Positions 1-12,868 of a DNA stretch of 64,000 bases are shown here, piece by piece (within the stretch, counting starts at the first letter, position 1; each line of letters starts with the position of its first letter). A program made the position numbers and the translations under genes. A model generated the notes under the pieces. It saw only the letters and a program-made list of their open reading frames with translations, searched no databases and had not been told where the DNA came from. Origin of the DNA: Azolla caroliniana (lineage: Eukaryota > Plantae > Polypodiophyta). Location of the stretch: NCBI GenBank assembly GCA_043228905.1, contig JBHGNT010000014.1:9300001-9364000 (forward strand), written 5' to 3'.

Positions 1-160
1 AAACTGTGATTGATTACCATCGAACTTCCGAGGTAAACAAATCTTCGGTTCTTTCGGAGAGGTTTATTGCGTTGAAGGTTGTTGATGAAGAGACCGCAAT
101 GTTGTTTCGAGTTGCAATACACGTGTCGATAACTCATCATATTGTTGTGCCTTTTCTATG
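1..160 (-). pseudogene. Ty3/gypsy (element B) gag fragment, continues beyond window start
   Basis: Minus strand reads IEKAQQYDELSTRVLQLETTLRSLHQQPSTQ*TSPKEPKICLPRKFDGNQSQF, homologous to PKEPKIGLAMKLDGTRTQF in ORF 9789..10130. It joins 5563-5689 in frame once Copia A and one TSD copy are removed. Confidence 0.8.
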
Positions 161-605
161 TGTTGAGATACAAGCTCAACATTGGCCGGATCGGTTGTGC
201 AAGCCGACAACCGGATCGGTTGGGATCAATCGGTTAGGCCAGACCAGTGCGAGAACTGGATGCGTAAACTGGTGCGCAGACCGGTACGCAACGAGAAGCC
301 GTAGTGGTGCATAAACCGCGAGGCCGTTGGGAAGATATTCCGTGGAGGAATACATTTTGGGAGTTAGTGTAGAGCTCACTTATGAGCATTGAAGTACGTA
401 TCAGTACTTCTGTCAGTCCGTATGGACTTGTATAAAAAGTGCTCACTGAGCACATCCTATGTACAGATTGAGTATTATTTTGTAATCGAGTTTCTGTGTA
501 TTCTCTCTTTGTCTCTCCCGCGTACTGTTTACATTCAAGCTCTTTATTAAACCTACGTGTTTTCTGTGTTTGGTTTCTACTTGCTTCCGCACATAATCTT
601 TCACA
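161..605 (+). repeat. 5' LTR of Copia A
   Basis: Direct repeat of 5118-5562, TGTTGAG...TTCACA, followed by the tRNA-iMet PBS. Confidence 0.95.
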
Positions 606-617
606 TGGTATCAGAGC
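606..617 (+). promoter_or_regulatory. PBS complementary to initiator tRNA-Met (Copia A)
   Basis: TGGTATCAGAGC directly after the LTR end. Confidence 0.9.
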
Positions 618-701
618 GCGAGGGTTGAGAACCTCTGCAGCCAACATAGCTTGAAAAGAAAAACCAACCAAGAAGAATAGGTAAAACCGATGGATATAGG
701 C

Positions 702-3700
702 ATGGCTACCTCGCTTCCGACGGAGAAGCTCAACAGAAACAACTATGCATCTTGGTCCTATAAGATGCACCAGTACCTGCTCGGGCTTGGTTACTGGAGC
801 TATCTCGACGGAGCAAATGACACAGCACCCGAATCAACACACAAAGATTTCCCGGTGTGAGAACAGTCGGCTAGCAGAGTACTATACTGCTTTGCGTCTT
901 GTGTGGGCAGACAGCTCCTAAGCTACATTCCGGATGCAAAAATACCGAAGGATGCTTGGGGAAATCTGAAGAAGATTTTCGCCGCAAGCACTACAGCCAG
1001 GAAGCTTCAACTCTGACAGGAGCTGAGCAACCTACGACAACGCGACTTGTCGGTGACCGATTACACCTCGAAGATCAAAGATATATGTGATTCTTTAGCC
1101 TCCATCGATTTCAACGTCGAGGAAGGCAAGATGGTACAGATCTGTCTTGGGGGACTGGCATCGAAGTTCGGAGCATTCCGAACTGCTGTGTGTACACGGG
1201 AGAATACATCGTCATTTTTTGACCTACAGTCGATGCTCCTTATAGAGGAAAACCATGCGGGTGCGTCGACGAGCACGCAAGCCGACAGCAAGATGTTGTA
1301 CACGGGGGGAGATAAGCCCCGTGGTCATGGCGGACGAGGAAAGTCAGTGCGCAATGGAGGCGGCCGACAGGATCAAGGAAGAAGGCACCGAATGATATCG
1401 ACAACAATTCCAGACTCTCCGAAAACAAGGGAAGTCGAGGCGACGAGAACCGGCATGGGAAATTCGTCGTGGAATGCTGGTACTGTGGCAAGAAAGGCCA
1501 CAAGGAGAGCGAGTGCTGGAAAATGTGCGCCGATTCGGAGAGAACCGGGTCCGAATTAGGTTCCGGACAGATCGACAAGGGTAATTGGCAGTGATCACAC
1601 TACGCCGAAGGAACTGAAAAAGGCTCAGTCTTCGTGACGAGACACGAAGCAAACTCGATGAAGAAGATCACCCCAAAGTTGAAAGCGGTGTGGTACATCA
1701 ACTCCGGCACGTCAAACCACATCACGTGGCACAAGGAGTGGTTCTTGTACCTGGAAAAACCAATGCAACTGGGAGTAGTCGCAACCGGAGACGACACTCC
1801 GCATCCGATCGCGAATGTCGGTGAAGTTCCCTTGAGCCATGTTGGGCAGTAAGGGAAACTCATGAACGTGTTACACGTGCCGACAATCACGAAGAACTTG
1901 GTGTCGGTCAGACAGATCGTTGACCAGGGAATGCCAGTCCGGTTCACGCATCTAGGGTGCTTCATCGAGGAAGAAGGCCGAGTTATTGCGCAAGGGCACA
2001 AAGACGGGAGGATGTTTATCCTCGACTCCAGTGACGGTGGCATCGTAATGTTCGCGAAAGGACAAAAAGTCGAGTCGGATATCGACTTATGGCACAAGCG
2101 GATAGGCCACGTCAACTATCAACGACTTCAAGACCTGCAATCGAAACAGGTGGTGTTCGGATTGCCCAAATTTAGTGGCCGGAAGGCACAAATTTGTGAA
2201 GTCTGCCACCTAGGGAAGCAACACCGACTTCCTTTCCCTAACGAGCGTAACCGGAGCCGGAACAAGCTCGACTTGATACATTCCGATGTATGGGGACCAG
2301 TTTACATCCAAAATCGGTTTACTTTGCCCAATGTTGGCCGCAGTATACATCCAGAATCGGATCGGAGGCAAAGTGTCGGTGCATGAGCAGTATTTTGGAA
2401 GGAAGCCGAATCTACGACACTTGAGAGTTTTCAGTAGCATTGCGTATGTGCATGTACCGAAGGAGAAACGGAGGAAGTTGGACGCGAAAGCCGAGAAGTG
2501 TATCTTGGTTGGCTACTCGGACGAGCTGAAGGGTTATAAGTGTTATAACCCTCGCACCAAACAAGCGCGCGTGAGCCATGACATTGTGTTTGACGAGTTC
2601 GCGTCCTGATACTTGCCTCTGACTCCGGACCTCACCTCCAATCCGGGTTTTGACGATGAGGTTAGCGAGGCCGAGATGCCTCTAGATGGGCCTGAAATCG
2701 GGACCTACGAAGAGAGTTCAATTTCATTTCGGTTAAGCGGACTGAATGGACGACTGAGTCGGTTCGACCAGTTCGATGAAGAGCCGGCGAGTAGTGGGGA
2801 CTCGGCCGTGCATTCCCCGCATAGGAAGCTGAGGAGACGGCTTACGCGCAAAGAAAAAGGGAAGAAGAAAATGCCGGAGTACGGCACGGATAAGGGCAAG
2901 TCGGATCGACGCGAGTCCAACTCCGAGGAAAGTGATGACGGGTCTTCGGGAGTGAAGACTGCGTCGGCTAAGAAGGCCTCAAATTCGGCTAATGAGCAAT
3001 TATGCCGATCTACCCGCATGAAGAACCTTGTTGTGTGGTTCGGTTACAACGAGTACATGGGCATCACTATGCGTACATGACGCGCGTAGCGGAAGTGTGT
3101 GAGCCGGAGAGCTATGCAAAAGCGGCGGAGGATGCGAATTGGCATGCTGCAATGGAAGAAGAGGTGCGTGCATTGCCAGAGACGCACCGAAGGGTGTGAA
3201 GCCGATCGGATGCAGGTGGGTGTACAAAGTCAAGTACAACACCGACGGCTCCGGTAACTGATACAAGGCCCGGTTAGTAGCGAAAGGCTATGCACAAAAA
3301 CACGACATCGACTACGATAAGACGTTTGTGCCAGTCGCGAAGATGACGATCGTCCGTGTCTTGCTCGTGATCACAGCGGCAAAAGGGTGGCACTTACATC
3401 AAATGGATGTAAAGAATGCGTTCCTGCAAGGTGAGCTCGAGGAACAGGTGTACATGGTACAACCCCCCAGATTTCACTCCAAAACGAACACTTCGGTGGT
3501 GTGCCGATTTAAGAAGTCCCTTTATGGACTAAAGCATGCCCCGCGTGCCTGGAATGCGAAGATCACGCAACGATTGCATCAGTTGGGCTTTGGGACGTCG
3601 AAATCAAACTCCTCACTGTTCATCCGGAAAGGTCGACTCGGGTTGGCTAGCATTTTACTTTATGTTGATGACTTGGTCATCACCAGCGCCGACCTTAGTG

Positions 3701-5123
3701 AAATTAACCGTGTCAAGCTCCAACTTGCGGCGTCATTCGACATGAAGGATCTGGGGACCTTCATTACTTCCTCGGGATCGAAGTGATCCGCACCCCCGAA
3801 GGCATACTGATCAACCAACGACATTACATGCTGAGTATGCTCTTCAAATTCGGGATGGCGGATTGTAAGTCCATCTCGACTCCTCTGGATAGAACCGTCA
3901 AGCTTTGCCCCAACTCCAAAAAGGTATGCGACCCGACGAGGTTCCGACAGATCGTCGGAAGCGTTATATACTTGACCATCACCTGACCAGATCTTAGCTA
4001 CCCGGTTGGGGTGATCAGTCAGTTCATGGTGCGACCGACTGAGGAGCACCTTCAGTGCGCACAACGCGTCCTCCGGTACGTCAGTGGCACTAAGGACTAG
4101 GGGCTACTATATCGGGCCGACACTGCGGCGTAGTTGGTCGGTTACACCGATGCTGATTGAGCCAGAAACGCCGGTGATCGCCGATCCACGTCCGGTTTTG
4201 TGTTCTCTCTCGGGAGTACCGCGATCGCGTGGAGTAGCAAGAAGCAGCTGACAATTGCGCTGTCGAGCACAAAAGCCGAGTATAGAGGACCGGCTGTCAC
4301 GACATGCGAAGCCATTTGGTTGAAGCAACTACTTAAGGATCTGTAGGTGGAGGTATCCGATCCAACGACAATCTACTGCGACAACCTCAGCAACATCCAG
4401 CTCGCAAAGAACCCCTTTTTCCACGCCCGGACTAAGCACATTGAGGTGCACTACCATTTTGTCTGCAAGCACGTACTCTCCAGTGAAGTCGAACTTCAAT
4501 ATGTTCCAACGGATCGGTAGACCGCCGACATCTTCACAAAGCCTCTTGGTTTGGACAAGTTGCGGCAATTCTCGGGTGCGCTTCAGTTGCGCCACCTCAA
4601 CGTGCCGAACTTGAGGGGGAGAGACGTCCCGAATGACCACGGAAGGGGGAGAGAAGTTCCGTAAGACCGTGACGTTGAGTCGGATGATGAATTCGATTTC
4701 GGATCGGCTGAAGAAGTCAAGGGCGGACCCGCGGAAGATTCTGAAAGCGGACATAAGGGGAGTAGTCGAAAGAAAGAGCCGAAGCCAACCAAGGACGAGA
4801 AGACTAAAGACGAGTTGGAGACAGCCAACTCGGACGAGAGCGAAAACCGATCGGAGGAAGCCGAGTCGGTTCGGATGTTTGATTCGGATACGCTGAATCA
4901 ACCAAGGGCCAAGCGAAAGAGAAGGCATCAGAAGAGGCACCAACACTGCAACAACAAGGAAGCTGAGAAGGGTCGTGTGAGTAGACAAGCCGACTGGAAG
5001 GGTCGAGACGTGCGGAATCGAACGGGTCGAGGAGCGCGAGAGAGGCATGAAACCAGCAGGAACTGGAGCACAGATCCGGAAGAGCAGATGGAACCTCAAG
5101 TTGAGCTTGAGGGGGAGTGTTGA
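702..5123 (+). pseudogene. Copia A gag-pol, multiple stops and frameshifts, with charged C-terminal extension
   Basis: ATG 702 MATSLPTEKLNRNNYASW. CWYCGKKGHKESEC zinc knuckle at about 1476-1517. Protease, GAG-pre-integrase, RT and RNase H (IYCDNL, RTKHIEVHYHF) lie in broken frames. Confidence 0.9.
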
Positions 5124-5562
5124 GATACAAGCTCAACATTGGCCGGATCGGCTGTGCAGGCCGACAACCGGATCGGTTGGGATCGATCGGTTAGGTCGGA
5201 CCGGTGCGAAAACCAAATGCGTAAACCGGTGCGCAGACCGGTACGCAACGAGAAGTCGTAGCGGTGCGTAAACCGCGAGGCCGTTGGGAAGATATTCCGA
5301 GGAGGAATACATTTTGGGAGTTAGTGTAGAGCTCACTTATGAGCATTGAAGTACGTGTCAGTACTTCTGTCAGTTCGTATGGACTTGTATAAAAAGTGCT
5401 CACTGAGCACATCCTATGTACAGATTGAGTATTATTTTGTAATCGAGTTTCTGTGTATTCTCTCTTTGTCTCTCCCGCGTACTATGTACATTCAAGCTCT
5501 CCATTAAATCTGCGTGTTTTCTGTGTTCGGTTTCTCCTTGCTTCCGCACATAATCTTTCACA
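5118..5562 (+). repeat. 3' LTR of Copia A
   Basis: Direct repeat of 161-605, preceded by the PPT and followed by TSD CTATG. Confidence 0.95.
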
Positions 5563-6280
5563 CTATGCTTACTTGTTGGAAATCTCCAAGCAATCGTTGA
5601 TTCTTTTGTTGTAACGCCACAAACTTATATGCGAGATGCTCTAGTTTAGAGACAACTCGAACATACTCTTGCTTGCTAACTGACTCCATGGAGAGGATAA
5701 TGTTTGGCAAGATTCTCAAGGAGAAGGAAGGAGAAGAGAGTGATTCAGAAAGAGACACAGAAAGAGAGAGAGAAGGAGAGAGCAAGGAAGAAAGAGAGAA
5801 GGTAGGAAGATTCTGGTTCAAACTGTCAGGGCCAAAGTTAGGAACGAGTTTTAAAATGAAGAAGAGAATGAGAAGCAAAAAATAGGAGAGAGATAAGAAG
5901 AATTTGATAATGTATTAACAACAAGAGCAATGTTTACAAGAATATGCCGAAGACTGGTGTTGAACTAGAATGGTTCATCAATAGTCAAATACATGTTTAT
6001 ATAGCATGGTTTCGATACGTGCATGCTCGCCACCTCATAGGCATGCATGATCGTCACTTGCCATTCATGCAAACATGCCCCTTGGCAATCATGCGTTAGC
6101 CTATGCAAGATGGCGACATTTCAATAATATTATTATATGTATTTCCTATTGATATAATAGAATTTATTATTTAACATATACAATATGATGTATCCTAATG
6201 GATGGGGTTGTATGCCTCCTTTGAGGAGATCATTGGTTCGAATCACCATAAAGCTTATTGGGTTTGGTATACACATGACA
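5563..6280 (-). mobile_element. 5' end of chromovirus-type gypsy element B: LTR 5824-6280, leader, gag start (ATG 5689)
   Basis: Minus-strand LTR TGTCATG...TGACA with TATA at about 5996-6003. The gag start MESVSKQEYVRVVSKLEHLAYKFVALQQKNQRLLGD is homologous to the gag at 10200-10290. Confidence 0.75.
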
Positions 6281-6284
6281 CTAT

Positions 6285-8040
6285 GTTTGTATTGTAGTTT
6301 GTGATGATATGTGTCTGGATGTATGTTTGTAAAACTTATAATAGTGTAGGCATATGTACGTATATATATGGTGATGTGTGGAATATGTATGTACATATGT
6401 AATGTATGTATGTGTATGCATATAGGTATATGTCAATATACATGATTCAATGAGTATGAATGTGTTTGTAATATGTGCACAATATGTATGTGTGTGTGTG
6501 TGTGTATGTTGTCATATGTACATGTATTTATGTATGTATATTTTTGGGATATTTCCATGTTTAGTATGTATATGGCTTGTATATGGATGTATGTTTGTAA
6601 TATGCATGTATATATCCAATGTATGTATAAGTATACATATATCTAACATGTGTGTGTATATATGTAAGTATTGTGGTTTGTATGGTCCAGTATAATCTAT
6701 ATATTTGGTGATATGTGGAATACGTATGTACATATGTAATATATCTATGTATGTATCTATATATGTATATATGTAATTTATGTATGTGTAAATTTGTATA
6801 TTGTGTAATAGTTATGGATTATATGCTATGTAATATCTAATTTATTTATATGTAAGTATACATATACATATCTAATGTATGTGTAACTATAGATATATCA
6901 AATGTGTGTAAAAGTATACATATATCTAATGTGTGTATGTATGTATGTATATATGTAAGTATTGTGGTTTGTATAGTCTAGTATAATCTATATATATGGT
7001 GATATGTATGTGTATATGTAATATATCTATGTATGTATCTATAGATGTATCATGTATATATGTAATTTATGTATGTGTAAATTTGTATATTGTGTAATAG
7101 GTATGGATTATATGCTATGTAATATCTAATTTATTTATGTGTGTGTGCACGTATATATATATGTAATATATGTAACTTGTTTGTAAGTATGAAGATTTGT
7201 ATATATATATAGTATATAATCTTAGGTATTAATATGTATGTGTATGTGTATATATATAATATGTAATTTATTTTTATGTGTTTTGTATGTATATATGCAT
7301 TTGTGTATGTGTATATGTAATATGTAATTTTATTGTATGTATTTTGTATATATGTATATGTCAATATATATGGTTGAGTCTAATCTGTATGCAGTATGTA
7401 ATGCATGTATGTATCTGTATGTACATATTTACATATGGTAATATATATTTGTACATATATTTATGTTTAGTCAATATACATGTATAAATGGGTGTAATGT
7501 ATGTATATACATATTCATGGATGTAGGACTATATGTATGTGTGATGTGTGATATATGCATGTAAGTGATATGCATGTGTGATGTGTGTTATGTTTGTGTG
7601 TGTATGTATGTACATATTGTATTGTATTGTATGTATGGAATGTGTGTATATGTGTATGTATGTGTATATATATAATATGTAAATTTTTTTTGTGTTTGGT
7701 TTGTAACTTTGTATATAATTGTGTGTATAATAATATATGTGTGTAATATGTAATATATAAAATATGTTTGTAAGGATGTGTATGTATATATGTAATATCT
7801 AATTTTTATGTATGTCAATATATATGGCCGATTCTAATATGTATGTAGTATGTAATGCATGTATGTATGTGTATGTACATATTTACATATGGTAATATAT
7901 ATTTGTACATATATTTATGTTTAGTCAGTATGCATGTATAAATGGGTGTAATGTATGTATATACATATTCATGGATGTAATGTTTGAATGTAGGTATATA
8001 TGGATGCATGCATGCATGTATATGTATGTATATATGCTAC
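6285..8040. repeat. TA/TG-rich low-complexity satellite with internal block duplications
   Basis: Dense TATG/TGTA/TATA. Blocks recur, e.g. about 6669-6848 vs 6960-7138 and about 7358-7526 vs 7812-7978. Confidence 0.85.
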
Positions 8041-8269
8041 TCCAAATTTGAGTATTGTTTGCATAATAATATATTCTTTACTATCTCATTGAAATATCCA
8101 ATATTTCATGGGCTTATGTCATTTTTTTTTCCAACATAATTGATAATACCCTCATGTAAATATATTTTCAAATCTTTATTAATACCCTTATATATATATA
8201 TTCTGTATCTCATTGATTAATTCAAAACCCTTTTGATGAACTCACATGCTATCATACAAGTTTTGACAG

Positions 8270-10298
8270 TGAAGCCCCTGGGCCACGTTGCTTGTAGTCG
8301 TGCTGGTCCTAGGATGACTTGCTTTTGATTATCGAATGTTGGATCATCGGGACGAGGTGCTAGATACGAGCGCCGTGATAACGCATCTGACTTCCTTGGC
8401 TATTTCCCAGGGCGATATGTAATTTTGAAATCTAAGTGAGTGAGGAATTGGGCCAACCAAGCTTGTCATCGATTTAATACAAGTGCATTCTAGAAATAGG
8501 CAAGGTTTTTGTGATCACCAAATACGGTGACTTGATGAAAAGATCCCTCTAAAAAATGCCTCTATTGTGCAAAAGAGTCCACTATTACTAATAGCTCCTT
8601 GTCATGTATCTCGTAGTTGATTTTGGCGGCGTCAAACTTGCGCGAGTGGAAAGCCACAGGATGTAGTTTATCATCATCGCCTTGTTGTGACAGAATGCTA
8701 CCAAGGGCGAAATATGACGTGTCTGCTTCCATGATGAACGGTTTTTTCGGATCAACATGAGCTAGAATAGGAGCTGATGTAAATGCTACAAAAGTCGTGT
8801 CTGCTTCCTTCGACCAAAGAAACGCTTGCCCCTTCTTGGCAAGCTATGTGAGAGGCAAAATAAGCTTTTGAGTAGTCCTGTATAAACTTGCGGTAAAAGT
8901 TTGCGAAGCCTAAAAAACATTGCATGTCATCTCGCAATGAACAGAGAGTCTGCCACTCTACCACCGTTTTGACCTTAGTTGGATCCATGGAGATGCCTTC
9001 CGATGAGATGACATAGCCTACAAATTCCACCTGATTGCAGTCAAAACTACATTTTTCTAGTTTTGCATAAAGACCGTGTTCTCAAAGTCATTTTAGTGCT
9101 AATAGTACATGAGAATCATGCTCTTCTTGAGTCTTTGAATAAACTAGTAGATCATCCAAATAGATGATCAAACAAATATCCAAGAGATCTCGGAATATAT
9201 CACTTGCCATGTGCCAGAGGACTGTTGGCGCATTGGTGAGACCGAATGACATAACCGTATACTCGAAGTGCCTGTAGCGGGTGAGAAAAGGGGTCTTCCA
9301 TTCATCTCCCGGGCGGACCCATAAGAGGTTATATGTGCCTCGTAAGTCGGTCTTTGCTACAATATGCCCTAGTCCACCGTAATAAAGACATAATTGATTT
9401 GCTCTTCGTCACTACTTTTCCTCTTCCAATAGTGGTCCGTGATGACGTGTGGTGTTGATTTCCATTGGAGTGGGAGTATTTGCTGGAGACGCATTAAATG
9501 ACTCCCTTGGGAAAGGCTTTGCTACAACTGAAGCGTAGGTGGGCTCCGATCTTGTCCTCGACATTTGGAAAGACATTCCAAATGTCGTTCAAAGAGCCGG
9601 TTATTGCATCGTACCGCATGATTGATTGCTTTTGTCAATGACTTGGGTTCTTCGGGGAAGGTCAAGAGTAAATCCTTGACATCTTTACGTAGGTCATTAT
9701 GAAATTGCTCCATTAATGTTTGGTCATCCCAGGGAATATCGATGGCAAGAAGACAGAAATCCGCCGGTCGATCACGTTGACGCAATCTTCAGATTTTGTT
9801 GATTGCCATCCTAACACTATCGGTATCTCCAAAGCAGCCTTTAAACTCGCTAATAAACTCTTCAAAATTATTTAACAAAGGAGAGTTTTTTTCTAACAAG
9901 GGGACGAACCATGTCAAAGCCGTGGCACTAAGTAGCGTGCCTACTAGCCCCACTCGTGATGCATCGGTGGGATATCGAGAAGGATGCATTTCAATCACTA
10001 AACGAACCTGATTAAGAAATCCTCTAAACTGTGTTCGGGTCCCGTCCAGTTTCATAGCAAGACCGATCTTGGGTTCTTTGGGAGTACCTTGAGTGCTTGA
10101 TCCTTGTTGTTGTAATAACACAATAGTCACTTCAACTTGTTGAACACCTAACGTTAGTTCCCCGTGTTGTTATTGTTTTTCTAGGGCTACTTGTTGAAGA
10201 TCCCCTAACATACATTGATTTTCTTGTTCTAGCGCTACAAACTTTTCTTTTAAGCATTGAACCTCCGAGAAAACCGATTGGTATTCTTGAGCACCAAC
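8270..10298 (-). mobile_element. Chromovirus-type gypsy internal region C2: gag, deleted protease, RT and RNase H remnants
   Basis: gag PKEPKI..FRGFLNQVRL (9789..10130, 9522..9785). The zinc-knuckle remnant LCLYYGGLGH is fused directly to RT DLRGTYNLL..GDEWKT..YLDDLL near 9350. RNase H FIMEADTSYFALGSILSQ..HPVAFHSRKF. Confidence 0.85.
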
Positions 10299-10688
10299 TG
10301 TCAGAACAAAGTAAGAGATTGAACGATTGAACAAAGGTATAAGATAATAGAAGAAGAGAGGAGAATGGATTGAAAAGAGAAGAGTGGGTTTATAAGAACA
10401 GAATGATTACAAGGATGAGTTGGATACAAGGTGGGCTTGGAGCTAGCGCTACATACATTGATTTTCTTGTTCTAGCGCTACAAACTTTTCTTTTAAGCAT
10501 TGGACCTCCGAGAAAACCGATTGGTATTCTTGAGCGCCAACCGTTAGAACAAAGTAAGAGATTGAACGATTGAAGGAAGGTATAAAATAATAGAAGAAGA
10601 GAGGGGAATGGATTGAAAAGAGAAGAGTGGGTTTATAAGAACAGAATGATTACAAGGATGAGTTGGATACAAGGTGGGCTTGGAGCTA
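10208..10688. repeat. 243-bp tandem duplication spanning the LTR end and gag start
   Basis: 10208-10445 is repeated at 10451-10688. Confidence 0.9.
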
Positions 10689-10994
10689 AGGACTGATGTT
10701 GATTCGAATTGATTTGAGGATACATATGTGCCCGTATTTATAGGTTCCTATAGAATAGCTTAGAGATATCTATAATGTTCTAGAATGTTCTAGAGTTTTT
10801 ACAATAATCAATGTAATATAGAAAGTAGCTTTTATCTTTTCATACAACAATAACCTACCTTAATGGTTGAGGTTTTCAACTATGGATTACAAGGCTTGAG
10901 GTTCAAGTTCGGGTGACACCATAATGGTCATGTGTTCATCGCACAGTCTTGGGTTTAAGTCTAGGTGAAGCATAATGTTCACGGATTCATGACA
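10299..10994 (-). repeat. LTR of chromovirus C (includes the 243-bp duplication)
   Basis: Starts TGTCATG at 10994 right after the minus-strand PPT AAGAGGAGGGACAG (10995-11008) and ends TGACA at 10299. The U3 part is repeated at 50512-50740. Confidence 0.75.
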
Positions 10995-11312
10995 CTGTCC
11001 CTCCTCTTAAACGACGAGTGGAAGGAGTTGTTAACAATGCAAGGCTGGGTTTGTTGGGACGTCAACGATGGAAGTCATCAATAAGAGCTTGAGCATTACA
11101 AACATTATCGACGGGTTCCCATGTGCGATCGCTTGGGGTATAACCTAGCCAATCAACTAGATAATACAAATTATTGCACACAATCTTAGAATCGAGAATG
11201 GCAGCTACCTCCTACTCTGGGCCATCAACAATTTGGAGAGGAGGCGGTGGCGACACGACAGGATTGGGAATCAAGTTGGTGTAGCAAGGTTCTAAAAGAG
11301 AGTTGTGAAAGA
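10995..11312 (-). pseudogene. Chromodomain and integrase C-terminus of gypsy C1, plus PPT
   Basis: EVAAILDSKIVCNNLYYLVDWLGYTPSDRTWEPVDNV. It is continuous with 21616 onward (LDLPANLRLHPIFHNSLLEP) once Copia G is removed. Confidence 0.88.
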
Positions 11313-11922
11313 TGTTGGATTACGGTCCCTTCGGATGGGATGGTCGGATGTCGGAGATGAATGCCGACGAGCCCGGTTTCGGTTTCGGAACCGGATGATG
11401 AAGACCCCGACTTCGGAGTCGGATGACGAATGTACTCGGAGAGAGATCCGGATGCAGGGACATATCCGTGAATATGTCTGCTAAGGGCCCCTGAGGCCAT
11501 AGTTGTAAATAGCCCTAAAGTCATATATGTATAAATATGACTTAGGGCAAACAGTTTTGGCATTGCTAATCATTTTTCTGTTTTTCCACTCTAGAGGAGT
11601 GAAGAGAGAGCAGCCGTGAGAGAGAGAGAGAGATAGAGCGCGAGAGAGGAAGAGGACGACGCCTCTGTGTATTTCCGCCTCCTGTGGCGAGGACAGCGAG
11701 CTCAAGGTCGTCGCCTTGCAGCTCGCCATTGTATACTTCTCTGTATAGTGTTGGTTTGGAGTCTTGTACTCCCGTGGTTTTTCCCGTCTAGGGTTTTCCA
11801 CGTTAATCCCTGTGTGTTCGCGTTTTGTTTCTCCGTGTGGTTCCTATTTTCTGCTCCATTGATTCGCGCTTACTCGGTTGTGGCCGAGTGAAGAAGGTGA
11901 ATCGAAGCGTTGATTCCCAACA
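11313..11922 (+). repeat. 5' LTR of Copia G
   Basis: TGTTGG..CCAACA, near-identical to 21006-21615 (at least 4 substitutions seen). Confidence 0.95.
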
Positions 11923-12040
11923 AACTGGTATCAGAGCGAACTGCTGCAGAAAATGGAAGGCGGCGGCAGCGGGCAGCCGGGGATGATGGTGCTGAATGCA
12001 CAGAATTACGCCGACTGGAAGATCAAGATGGAGGATCTTC

Positions 12041-12406
12041 ATTTTTCATCTTCTTCGGCCGGTTCTGTTTCTTCACCGTCTTTGGCCGGATCCTCGAGTG
12101 CTAACCGGTCTCTTGCCGGTCGGGACTGCTCCTCGTAGAGTTGATCCTCACCGGTCGACTTGGAGCTCTTCATCTTCTTCTCCGACTCCCAGTCGGCAAG
12201 TGTCTTGTCCTCCATGAAGATGATGTCTCGACTCCTGAATATCTTCTTGTCAACCGGGTCCCATACTCGGTAGCCGAACTCGTCGTCGCCGTAACCGAGG
12301 AATATGCATGGCCGGGTCTTCGGATCTAGCTTTCCTCTCCGGTCCTTTGCCACATGCACGTATGCGAGACACCCGAACACCTTCAGATGCCGGTAGGACA
12401 CTTCCT
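12041..12406 (-). other. Inverted integrase C-terminal fragment replacing most of G gag and protease
   Basis: Reverse complement of the EVSYRHLKVFGC..EPAEEDE region (cf. 17430-17790), placed directly after gag codon 29. Confidence 0.9.
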
Positions 12407-12868
12407 CTACTGCTCCGGAACGTGTCGGATGGGAAATGAAGGTACGTGCCGGATTGCCGGCATAGGAGACGTGTGGTTGACAACCCCAACCGGATGCAAA
12501 ATGCTGCTGAAGGATGTCCGACACGTTCCGGAGGTTCGATTGAACCTGATTTCGGTCGGGAGGCTAGACGATGAAGGCTACACAGGTAGCATCCGGAACG
12601 ACGTAATGAAGTTCAGCAAAGGGAGCCTGATAGTGGCTCGGGCCCGGAAAGACAACACACTGTACCTGATGAATGCCCGGTTATGTCCGGAAGAGTTGAA
12701 TGTGGCACAAAAGACTGTGCCACATGAGTGAGAAGGGGATGAAGAGGCTTGCAGAAGACAACCTCATCCCAGTGAAGCATGTGCACCTGGAGAAGTGCAC
12801 CGATTGCCTGGCCGGTAAGCAGAACCGAACCTCCTTCCACTCAAGGCCACCGACGAGACGTAGCGCAC

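Larger units (their letters stand above)
161..5562 (+). mobile_element. Ty1/copia LTR retrotransposon A (two LTRs, degenerate, integrase core deleted)
   Basis: 445-bp LTRs at 161-605 and 5118-5562 (TG..CA). TSD CTATG at 156-160 and 5563-5567. PBS TGGTATCAGAGC at 606-617, PPT GAGGGGGAG at 5109-5117. Domain order gag-PR-INT-RT-RH (WYINSGTSNH, HLHQMDVKNAFL, LYVDDLV). Confidence 0.95.

Noticed and set aside
4329-5099. 256-aa antisense ORF in Copia A, and similar antisense ORFs at 42962..43648 and within G/H
   Set aside because: Shadow frames of purine-rich sense coding DNA with no recognisable motifs.
6133-8009. Y/I/H/C/M-rich ORFs
   Set aside because: Translations of TA/TG low-complexity repeat DNA.
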